DNA from: a virus
Length of the DNA stretch: 64,000 bases
Strand: one strand, 5' to 3'
IMG/VR virus record: IMGVR_UViG_3300030329_003230
Coordinates: 23,401-87,400 of that record
Positions 19,320 to 27,048 of the stretch are shown piece by piece (the stretch's first letter is position 1; every line of letters starts with the position of its first letter). The notes under the pieces were generated by a model that was not told the DNA's origin, did not search any database, and was given only the letters and a program-made list of their open reading frames with translations. Position numbers and translations under genes: made by a program.

Positions 19320-20245
19320 TGGACGTAGTTTATGCACATACAGATTCCCTTTATGTCCCTATACCATCAATAGAAGTTGCTCAAGATGTTCAAAAAATAT
19401 TGAATAAACACATACAAGAAGTAGTGTTTCCTAATATTATGAATTTAGAATCTCATCCTATGGATTTAGAATTCGAAAAATACTATTCTGTATTAGGAGT
19501 AGGAGCAACAAGAAATAGAAATGCTGGTTACATTAATTGGAAAGATGGAGTATATCTTGCTGAACCTGAGTTCTTCGCTACAGGGTTCTCCGTTAAGAGA
19601 ATAGCTGAATCCAAATTAGCGAAAGAGGTACAGAAGAAAACCTTGGAGATGTGGATTAATCAAAAAACAGAACAAGAGATTGTTACCTTTGTTAAGAAAA
19701 AATATAATGATGTTCTTAAAGGTAGAATAGATAAATTAAACTTAGTTAAAAGAAGTAGAGTTAAAGAAAATAGAATGACTCTAAAATGCAGGTGTAGAAA
19801 GAAATACAATGTAGATTATGTTAGAAAATTGTTGAGTGTATTACCTGAATCCTTATGTGAAAAGGATAATTGTAATAGTAAATTAATCTCTTGTACCACT
19901 GTAGAAGATAAAAGACCCTCTTTCGGTGGAGGGTTTGCTGGTATGTTATATTATAATGAGCACATTAATCCTCAACAAAAATTAGATGATTCGTTTTACC
20001 ACATTAAGTGTAAATTTGGTATTAACCAAAAACAGACTTTTACTAATTGGAATGGTAAAGAGAATAAAGCTGGATATATAGCGGTTAGAAATTTAGAAGA
20101 ATTAGAACCATTTGAGCCAGATTGGCCATTCTTAGCAGAAGCAGAGGTTCTTAAAAAAGTGAAACCTATATTCGAAGCGATGGAATGGGATATATCTCAA
20201 ATAAAAATAGATGAGAGTCAAACAAGTTTAGGAGATTGGTTTTAA
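19319..20245 (+). CDS. polB: Split family-B DNA polymerase, C-terminal part (motif C, thumb, PIP box)
   Basis: Starts MDVVYAHTDSLYV (motif C variant), LEFEK, Cys cluster in the thumb, C-terminal QTSLGDWF PIP box. Confidence 0.88.
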   Translation: MDVVYAHTDSLYVPIPSIEVAQDVQKILNKHIQEVVFPNIMNLESHPMDLEFEKYYSVLGVGATRNRNAGYINWKDGVYLAEPEFFATGFSVKRIAESKLAKEVQKKTLEMWINQKTEQEIVTFVKKKYNDVLKGRIDKLNLVKRSRVKENRMTLKCRCRKKYNVDYVRKLLSVLPESLCEKDNCNSKLISCTTVEDKRPSFGGGFAGMLYYNEHINPQQKLDDSFYHIKCKFGINQKQTFTNWNGKENKAGYIAVRNLEELEPFEPDWPFLAEAEVLKKVKPIFEAMEWDISQIKIDESQTSLGDWF

Positions 20246-21090
20246 TGGAATTTACATATCAATGGAACCCTGAATGGGAAGAAGACCCATCAATGCCTCA
20301 ATTAAAGGTTACAAAATCATCTTTGAATACGTTTGAATTCTGTAGAAAACAATATCAATTTAGCTACATAGAACGTATGAAGAGTGAACCTAACGCTGCA
20401 ATGGCAAGAGGTTCAGCAGTTCACGATTCCTATGAAAACTTCTACAATGAGTTTGACCTTAGAAAAGCAGAAAACTTAGACCAAAATAGCCTTTTTCAAT
20501 ATTGTATAGGTCTATTTCCCATAGATGATTACGGTGAAGTTTACCAGACTATGGCAGCGTTTGAAACTGAGAGGTTCTTCTCTTCAAAGGTAGAGAAATC
20601 TTTAGACAATTATCTACCAGTTGGTAATGAGGTAGCGTGCAATGCTAAACTCTTAATTAAGAAAGACATAAATCCGAAATTCGAATTAAAAAGAGATTAT
20701 ACAGTTCATATTCAAGGAATAATAGATAGAATTTTTAGAGAAGGTGATGGATACATCCCTGTAGAATTAAAGACAGGAGTTTGGAAAGATAGAAAACAAA
20801 CTCATATGAGAAATGAAATGGCTTTTTACAAAGTTTTGATGGATGCAGACCCTGATTGTAATTTTGACCCAGTAACTCATTGGGCTTGGTATTATCCAGA
20901 TTCAAATTATTTTCAAGTAGAAGAAGTGAAGAAAAGAAACCAAACTAATATTCCTAAGAGAATTTCTAAGTTGATTTATGCTTATGAACAAGGAATATTT
21001 CCAGCTTCTTACTTCCCAAATAAGTGTCAATTTTGTTCCTTCATAGGAATATGCGACTCTGCTCAACAAGCGGAACTTTGGTCGTGGTAA
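20236..21090 (+). CDS. Cas4/RecB-like PD-(D/E)xK exonuclease
   Basis: N-terminal FC, RGSAVH, GIIDRI...VELKTG, C-terminal CQFC...IC Fe-S ligands. Confidence 0.85.
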   Translation: MVLMEFTYQWNPEWEEDPSMPQLKVTKSSLNTFEFCRKQYQFSYIERMKSEPNAAMARGSAVHDSYENFYNEFDLRKAENLDQNSLFQYCIGLFPIDDYGEVYQTMAAFETERFFSSKVEKSLDNYLPVGNEVACNAKLLIKKDINPKFELKRDYTVHIQGIIDRIFREGDGYIPVELKTGVWKDRKQTHMRNEMAFYKVLMDADPDCNFDPVTHWAWYYPDSNYFQVEEVKKRNQTNIPKRISKLIYAYEQGIFPASYFPNKCQFCSFIGICDSAQQAELWSW

Positions 21091-21091
21091 G

Positions 21092-21259
21092 ATGTCCTGC
21101 AAAAATTGTAGAAAACCACTCGAAGAAATTCTAATAGAAAGTAAAACTGACACATGTTTGATTTGTGGAAAAGAGATAGCTCACTATAATAGAGAGTTGA
21201 ATTTTTGGGATAAAATAAAAATTAAAATTAATACTTGGAGGAATAAAAATGAAAGATAA
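21092..21259 (+). CDS. Unannotated 55-aa Zn-finger microprotein
   Basis: MSCKNCRKPL...TCLICGKEI; fills the gap exactly. Confidence 0.55.
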   Translation: MSCKNCRKPLEEILIESKTDTCLICGKEIAHYNRELNFWDKIKIKINTWRNKNER

Positions 21260-21713
21260 AATATTAGAAAAAATAAATAGTAAAGATTGGAAATTCCATG
21301 AACTTCTTAAGTTAAGAGAAGCAGCGCAAGGAGTCGCTAAAGAATTGTATCATGAATTAGAAGTAACTTCCCTATTAGAGATGATGTGGGAGAAGAAAAT
21401 AGGTAGTGAAACATGGGGTTTTGTATTCAAAAAACACGCTATTGAAGAACTGGAAGAAGAAGTAATGAAAATTTTTCAAAAAAAGTTTGAATCAGCCACA
21501 GTTAATTTCGATGAAGGTAAAGTGGAACCAGTAGTAGAAATAACTGCTGAAAAACCAGCTTCATTAACAGAAAAATACACTAAAAGTGATGACCCGATGA
21601 AAGATTTAATCGAAGGTAAAGATGTTATTCCTGAGAAGAAAGAAATAAAGTTAGAAGAAAAAGATGGAATGGTTAAGACTAGAGCAGGCAATGTAAAGGT
21701 AAAGAGGGTATAG
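21249..21713 (+). CDS. Hypothetical protein
   Basis: ORF with a GGAGG SD. Confidence 0.6.
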   Translation: MKDKILEKINSKDWKFHELLKLREAAQGVAKELYHELEVTSLLEMMWEKKIGSETWGFVFKKHAIEELEEEVMKIFQKKFESATVNFDEGKVEPVVEITAEKPASLTEKYTKSDDPMKDLIEGKDVIPEKKEIKLEEKDGMVKTRAGNVKVKRV

Positions 21714-21714
21714 A

Positions 21715-21870
21715 ATGGTATTTGATGAACTATTAGACGGACAAAGAAAACTAACAGAAACAATGGAACAAATACATACCACTTTAAAATTCAGTAACCG
21801 AATAATCATGATGGTAAATGTAGTTAATATTGCAACTATTATTGTAGTGGGTTTGGTGTTATTGAAATGA
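21715..21870 (+). CDS. Unannotated 51-aa protein with a C-terminal TM helix
   Basis: MVFDELLDGQRK...IIMMVNVVNIATIIVVGLVLLK. Confidence 0.5.
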   Translation: MVFDELLDGQRKLTETMEQIHTTLKFSNRIIMMVNVVNIATIIVVGLVLLK

Positions 21871-22013
21871 CCCTTGCTAGATTAGCAATTAAATGTACTA
21901 TTTGTTCAAACATATTTCCTATAATGAAAGTTTACAGGGAAAAAGTAGGAATTGATGGACACTTCTGTTCAAAAGAATGCTGGGATGAAGGTGTTAAAAA
22001 TGAAATTCCCTAG
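21867..22013 (+). CDS. Unannotated 48-aa TRASH/FCS-type Zn finger
   Basis: CTIC...HFCSKECW; ATGA-coupled to the previous ORF. Confidence 0.55.
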   Translation: MTLARLAIKCTICSNIFPIMKVYREKVGIDGHFCSKECWDEGVKNEIP

Positions 22014-23082
22014 AGAGGTTTGGCCAAGCGCAAACAAACAAACTAATTCCTTTGCAAGTAAAAGAAAATTAGTTAAGAGCCAGAAAGAGTTCAATGATTT
22101 CGTTAAATTATATAATGGAAAAATGAACTGTTTTACATCAGTATATGATTACAAAACTTATACTGAAAAACAAGCTATAGTTAACACAGTTATTCTAGAT
22201 AGAGTATTTTTAGATTTTGATGCTCATCACGGAGAAGTAAACAAAGCAACTGGAGCCCAATTAATTAACCCTGAAGAAATAGGAAAATGTTTAGAAGATT
22301 TATTTTTAGTTTTAGATTATTTACATTCTAAGGATTATAAATACGATATGTCATTTTCAGGTAGAGGGTTTCACCTATATGTTTACGGAGAACCAATAAA
22401 GGATATTCGTAGATTAACAGCCTTTTTTAATCAAATAAAGAAATATACTGTTAATGGTACATTAGATAGTTCTGCTATTTCCAGTAGAAGATTAAGACGT
22501 ATTCGTAACACTATGAATATGAAAGCATCATATGGAAAGGGATGTTATTATTGCATACCTCTATCTTATTCTGATTTAGAAGAGAAAACATTCATTGATG
22601 ATTTATTGGATATGGCTAAAAAACCTAACTTTACTTCTATTAATTATAGAGGGAACAAGTTAGTATCTTGGCCAGAAGTACCACCTATTGAAGAATCTGA
22701 AATAGAAGCCGAAGTAATAAATGTAGGAAACTTACCTATGCCACCTTGTATGCATAGTGCTATAATGATTGAAAACCCAACGGACCAATCAAGAGCATAC
22801 TTAGTTAGTTGGTATAAGGATTTATTATTATGGACTGACCCAAATGTGGGATTTATGGATAGTAAAGCTACACCTAGTTTTGATTCCCGCAATAAAATTA
22901 CAAATAAAATAGTAGCAGAGATTAAACACTTACACGAAGAACATGATGTTTGGTTAGATTTTAAAGAAGAAGTCACTAAATACCGAGTTAAATATATTGT
23001 AGATGGGAACTATAGTTTCCCTAATTGTGATAAACTGATATCTAACGGATATTGTATAGGAAAATGTTGGAGGATGAAATAA
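22000..23082 (+). CDS. priS: Archaeo-eukaryotic primase, PriS fused to a PriL-like Fe-S C-terminal domain
   Basis: FLDFDAH, FSGRGFH; C-terminal PPCM...FPNC...YCIGKC. Start set to the ATG at 22000 (MKFPRE). Confidence 0.85.
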   Translation: MKFPREVWPSANKQTNSFASKRKLVKSQKEFNDFVKLYNGKMNCFTSVYDYKTYTEKQAIVNTVILDRVFLDFDAHHGEVNKATGAQLINPEEIGKCLEDLFLVLDYLHSKDYKYDMSFSGRGFHLYVYGEPIKDIRRLTAFFNQIKKYTVNGTLDSSAISSRRLRRIRNTMNMKASYGKGCYYCIPLSYSDLEEKTFIDDLLDMAKKPNFTSINYRGNKLVSWPEVPPIEESEIEAEVINVGNLPMPPCMHSAIMIENPTDQSRAYLVSWYKDLLLWTDPNVGFMDSKATPSFDSRNKITNKIVAEIKHLHEEHDVWLDFKEEVTKYRVKYIVDGNYSFPNCDKLISNGYCIGKCWRMK

Positions 23083-23184
23083 ATGAAAGAAGGAAGACAA
23101 ATGACGTTATATGAATTTGGATTAAAAATGAAAGGACAAACTAGCTTATTGGATTATGGATTAAAGTTGGATGAAGAAGAATGA
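23083..23184 (+). CDS. Unannotated 33-aa microprotein with two tandem PIP-like boxes
   Basis: MKEGRQMTLYEFGLKMKGQTSLLDYGLKLDEEE; GGAGG upstream; ATGA overlap with the XPF gene. Confidence 0.6.
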   Translation: MKEGRQMTLYEFGLKMKGQTSLLDYGLKLDEEE

Positions 23185-23876
23185 CTCTAATAATAGATAG
23201 TAGAGAATCCTCTGATTTATCTGAAGAAGTAGAAGATAAAGCCAGAAAGATGAATATTATCACCAAAAAACAATGGATAGAAGTAGGAGACTATGTTATT
23301 GGTAATGTCTGTTTTGAGGCAAAATCTACTCATGATTTCTTATCTTCTATAGTAAGTAAAAGATTGTGGACTCAATTAGATAACATGGATAGGTGTTATG
23401 AAAATAACATAGTAATAATTTATGGTAGTCTACAGCACGCACTTACTTACACCAAATATTCTGCTAAATACAATAACATGCCAAGAGAAAGAAAAATACA
23501 ACTACTAACAAACAATTTCTATGGTGGTATTAGTAGAATAATTTTAGATTCAGATATTAAACCAGTTTGGGTTAAAGACGCATATGCAGCAGCATCAATT
23601 ATTTGCAGCGTTGCTAAAATGCAACCTGTAGATAGACCACCAATTAAGCCTCATATTTTCAAGAGGCAAACCACTGATGACATCAGAATAAACATGTTAA
23701 CGAGCATAAAAAGTGTTAGTGAAAAGAAAGCAAAGACACTTTTAAAACACTACGGGTCACTTATGGAAATAGGTGATTGCGACAAAAGGGAACTATGTTC
23801 TTTAGAGGGCATAGGAGACACAACAGCAGATAGAATATTATCTGTTTTCAATTCCGAAAAGGAGGTTAAACAATGA
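23181..23876 (+). CDS. ERCC4/XPF (Hef-like) structure-specific nuclease
   Basis: IIDSRE, VGDY, EAKSTHD, and C-terminal tandem HhH (LEGIGDTTA). Confidence 0.88.
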   Translation: MTLIIDSRESSDLSEEVEDKARKMNIITKKQWIEVGDYVIGNVCFEAKSTHDFLSSIVSKRLWTQLDNMDRCYENNIVIIYGSLQHALTYTKYSAKYNNMPRERKIQLLTNNFYGGISRIILDSDIKPVWVKDAYAAASIICSVAKMQPVDRPPIKPHIFKRQTTDDIRINMLTSIKSVSEKKAKTLLKHYGSLMEIGDCDKRELCSLEGIGDTTADRILSVFNSEKEVKQ

Positions 23877-25432
23877 ATTATGATGAAGAATATGGCTACA
23901 ATGAAGAAGTATTAGATGAAGAACAAGAGTTAGTTAGGGAAATTGATTTACCAGCTATTGTAAGAAACTGGGAAAAGGTAGCTACTTCTTATTCTAGAAA
24001 TAATAACATACCCGCAATAATAGGTTTCTATTCTTTATTGGGTGATATGGTAAAGAATATGGTAGAGATACCTTTTAAGGATACAACAATAGATACAAGA
24101 ATACATTTTTGTTGGATTCAAACAGCAAGGACTGGTAAAACCACTCTACTATCTTATGTTCTTAGCCCTGTAGCTAAAGAAATATATGAAAAATTAGCAG
24201 ATGATAAATATGTTAATTCTAAAGTAGTTAATTTTGCAGACTATACTACCGCCGCATTAATTGGTAGTCATACTGAAAATAAGAAATTCAACGAAGATGC
24301 TGAGGAATTATGCCAACAGGAATTGGACGCAATAGATAATAATGAAATGTTAGATGTTGATGAAAGAACAAATAGAATTAATGCTGCCATTAAGAAAAGA
24401 GATAGAACCAAAGATAATTGGCATATACATTTAGGCCCCATTCACGGAGAAGGGATATGGATAGCTGATGAATTTGAAGGTAGTGGTATTTTCAAAGAGA
24501 AAAGTCACAAAGAGAATATGAATATTGTATTTCAAACTTTAATGAATAATTTCCATAGTGGTGGAAATGTATATGAAAAAATATTGACTGGAAAACCAAC
24601 TATTACTCTTGATTCTAGATATACTATTATTGCTAGTACTTTTACTCCCGAACATTTATTAAAAACAGTAGCACAAAAAGGAACTCTTCAAAGATTTTTA
24701 CCTTTTGTATGGGATGTTCCTGACGATATCATTACTACAATGAGAAAGAAAGTTATCAGTGGGTTTGGAATAATACCTGAAAGAAGAGGACCGCCTCTAC
24801 AATTAACTGAAGGTTTATTGAATATATACAAATTAATGAAAGAGAGGTTTATTTCTGTAGACAAAGATATGTTCCGAACTATAACCTACGATGAAACAGT
24901 TGGAGATAGTTTAGATTTAGAACATAGTAATTTACTTAGATATATTAAAGATGTTAATCCTAAAATAAGAAGTATAATTAGATTATTTGAGCAAAATCTA
25001 GTAGAATATATTGCTAAATTAGCTGTATTGAATTGTATAGCTATGGCAAGGGGAATCAGTAATGAAAATCAAAGATTTATTGTTATGCCACAAAATGTAA
25101 GACAAGGAGCATATATTGTAAGGAAATGCTACATGGCTTTAGTCGATTGGTTAGAGAATGCTATTAAAATCGATAGACGTAACTTAATTACAAAAAGTAA
25201 CTGGCCAGAATTTGAAAAGGCATATGGCATAGCTAAGAAAAATGCGAAATCTGCGGAAACTTTAGATGGAGGTTATGTCTCGAAAACATTAGTACTGTTT
25301 GAAGCAGGTAAAATAATCCAAAGAGCCCCCGCACAAGTGTATAGGAATTTTGATAAAGTAAGTGAAATGTTTGAGAGTAAAAAGACAGGAAGAATAGTGT
25401 ATATTAGGCCGAAAATGGAGGAAGAGAAATGA
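23873..25432 (+). CDS. MCM-like AAA+ replicative helicase (divergent)
   Basis: TARTGKT Walker A, TTAALIG, IADEFE Walker B, LQRF arginine finger, C-terminal wHTH-like segment. Confidence 0.7.
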   Translation: MNYDEEYGYNEEVLDEEQELVREIDLPAIVRNWEKVATSYSRNNNIPAIIGFYSLLGDMVKNMVEIPFKDTTIDTRIHFCWIQTARTGKTTLLSYVLSPVAKEIYEKLADDKYVNSKVVNFADYTTAALIGSHTENKKFNEDAEELCQQELDAIDNNEMLDVDERTNRINAAIKKRDRTKDNWHIHLGPIHGEGIWIADEFEGSGIFKEKSHKENMNIVFQTLMNNFHSGGNVYEKILTGKPTITLDSRYTIIASTFTPEHLLKTVAQKGTLQRFLPFVWDVPDDIITTMRKKVISGFGIIPERRGPPLQLTEGLLNIYKLMKERFISVDKDMFRTITYDETVGDSLDLEHSNLLRYIKDVNPKIRSIIRLFEQNLVEYIAKLAVLNCIAMARGISNENQRFIVMPQNVRQGAYIVRKCYMALVDWLENAIKIDRRNLITKSNWPEFEKAYGIAKKNAKSAETLDGGYVSKTLVLFEAGKIIQRAPAQVYRNFDKVSEMFESKKTGRIVYIRPKMEEEK

Positions 25433-25656
25433 ACGTGACTTGGGAAAATAAATATGTGGTATTCGATGTACAGGATGGCCCTAAAACTATGATAGAATCA
25501 TTAAACACTGAAGGTATTGACGGTTGGGAAGTAGCATCAATCGTTAGTGTAGCAGGGAATAAATTATGTGCTTTTCTAAAACGTGGAGAATACACTGTAG
25601 AACCTACTGCTGAAGAAGAAAAGAAAGAAGAGATTATGTCATTATGGGGTAAGTAA
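25429..25656 (+). CDS. DUF4177-like protein
   Basis: WENKYV...LNTEGIDGWEVASI...FLKR. Confidence 0.7.
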   Translation: MNVTWENKYVVFDVQDGPKTMIESLNTEGIDGWEVASIVSVAGNKLCAFLKRGEYTVEPTAEEEKKEEIMSLWGK

Positions 25657-26256
25657 ATGCCAAATGTTATGGCGATTGACTTAGAAACTAAGAATTTATC
25701 ATCAGATATTGGTGGTTGGGGTAATACCCATATGTTTCTAGTTTCTACAGTAACAACTTGGAACGGTAATACTGGTACTATTTATGTTGATGAACCAGTA
25801 TCTGATTCTTTTGTTAAGTCAGGGGTCCAGACTAAAACTCTTAACGAATTAAAATTTGATTTAGATGAACACTTCAAAAAAGGCGGATTACTATTAGGTC
25901 ATAACATTATATCTTTTGATTTACCAGTACTAAGAGATGCTATGGATATTTATTGTATTAGAAAATATATGACCCATAAACAATATATCGACACTAGCCA
26001 ATATTTACTAAAAGAAAGGGGAGAAAGATACGCACTAAACAATTTAGTTGACCATACTTTAGGAAGACAAAAGACTCTACACAGTATGGACGCACCCCGA
26101 TTATGGAAAGACGGAGACTATGATGCTGTAGTGGACTATTGTTTAAAAGACTCCCAATTAGTATATGATTTATGGAAATATGGTCAGCAAGAGGGAACAG
26201 TAAAGGCTTTTAATATAGACCAAGAGGAGGAAATAGAGATGGAGGTGAATTGGTGA
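25657..26256 (+). CDS. DEDD 3'-5' exonuclease (RNase H-like)
   Basis: AIDLET, GHNIISFD, YCLKD. Confidence 0.85.
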   Translation: MPNVMAIDLETKNLSSDIGGWGNTHMFLVSTVTTWNGNTGTIYVDEPVSDSFVKSGVQTKTLNELKFDLDEHFKKGGLLLGHNIISFDLPVLRDAMDIYCIRKYMTHKQYIDTSQYLLKERGERYALNNLVDHTLGRQKTLHSMDAPRLWKDGDYDAVVDYCLKDSQLVYDLWKYGQQEGTVKAFNIDQEEEIEMEVNW

Positions 26257-26411
26257 TGAGTACTGGAGAAGTTTTTGGCTGGATTATGTTCATCATTTTC
26301 ATTAGCATTTTGTTCTTTGCTGCCTTCGGTAGCACTTCCATAACGGAAGAAACTGTTGAAGAATACATCGGTAATCTCATGAGAGATGATGATACGGTTA
26401 TTAAGAGATAA
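26256..26411 (+). CDS. Unannotated 51-aa single-pass membrane protein
   Basis: MSTGEVFGWIMFIIFISILFFAAFG...; GGAGGTGA SD. Confidence 0.55.
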   Translation: MSTGEVFGWIMFIIFISILFFAAFGSTSITEETVEEYIGNLMRDDDTVIKR

Positions 26412-26413
26412 AT

Positions 26414-26545
26414 ATGGTTTTGAAAAAGAAATGTATAGCATGTGGAAAATATAGCATACCGAGAAGAATAAAAGGGGCCTACATAGGTTCAAATGATATT
26501 ATCAAAATTTGGGAATGCCGTTCTTGTCTTCATTTATGGAGATAG
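26414..26545 (+). CDS. Unannotated 43-aa TFS/TFIIS-type Zn ribbon
   Basis: MVLKKKCIACGK...IWECRSCLHLWR. Confidence 0.5.
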   Translation: MVLKKKCIACGKYSIPRRIKGAYIGSNDIIKIWECRSCLHLWR

Positions 26546-26580
26546 GAAAAAGATTATACAATTAATCCCCCTGTAAATTC

Positions 26581-26748
26581 ATGATAACCTTGCTAGTCGA
26601 ATTGGCCCTTTTCATGATATTTTTATTTGGATTATATTTCACAATAATGGTACAAATAAACAAGGTATTCGATGAAGCATTAACTGAGTTATTCCAAGAA
26701 GGCGAACTACAAGAGTTAGCTTGGTCAGGACTCCACGATAAAAAGTAG
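26581..26748 (+). CDS. Unannotated 55-aa membrane protein
   Basis: MITLLVELALFMIFLFGLYFTIMV...; its stop abuts the terminator hairpin. Confidence 0.45.
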   Translation: MITLLVELALFMIFLFGLYFTIMVQINKVFDEALTELFQEGELQELAWSGLHDKK

Positions 26749-26782
26749 GGCGAGGGGCTTCGGCTCCTTGCTCTTTTTTTTT
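26748..26782 (+). terminator. Hairpin plus U-tract terminator ending the replication arm
   Basis: GGGCGAGGGGC-TTCG-GCTCCTTGCTC followed by T9. Confidence 0.8.
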
Positions 26783-26855
26783 AATTTTATTTTTATTGGG
26801 GTAGATTATTCTTCCCTATTTTATCTTTATTTAAAAGTAAACAGAAATGAAAGAA

Positions 26856-26930
26856 GACTTTTTTCAATAGAATTTCAACATTGTACTTTTTTTTCTTACG
26901 GCTTATAACGTATGCCGACTTTTTTCAATA
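26856..26930. repeat. 14-bp direct repeat in the convergent intergenic region
   Basis: GACTTTTTTCAATA at 26856-26869 and 26917-26930. Confidence 0.6.
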
Positions 26931-27048
26931 AATACCCTATAAATTAAGGTATTTTATAGAGAATTTCTAGTAAATGGCGAAATGCGCTTCCTAATGTGTA
27001 ACCAATGAGTAAAGAAAATATTGAACCCATAACCAAAGACATATTTCC

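Noticed and set aside
20236-21090. Cas4-like gene as evidence of a CRISPR-Cas system
   Set aside because: No repeat-spacer array or other cas genes seen; solo Cas4-like nucleases are common in viral replication modules.
308-26492. Numerous minus-strand ORFs in the left arm (and plus-strand ORFs in the right arm)
   Set aside because: They are antisense shadows of well-supported genes, with atypical Ser/Phe/Ile-rich composition and no SD.
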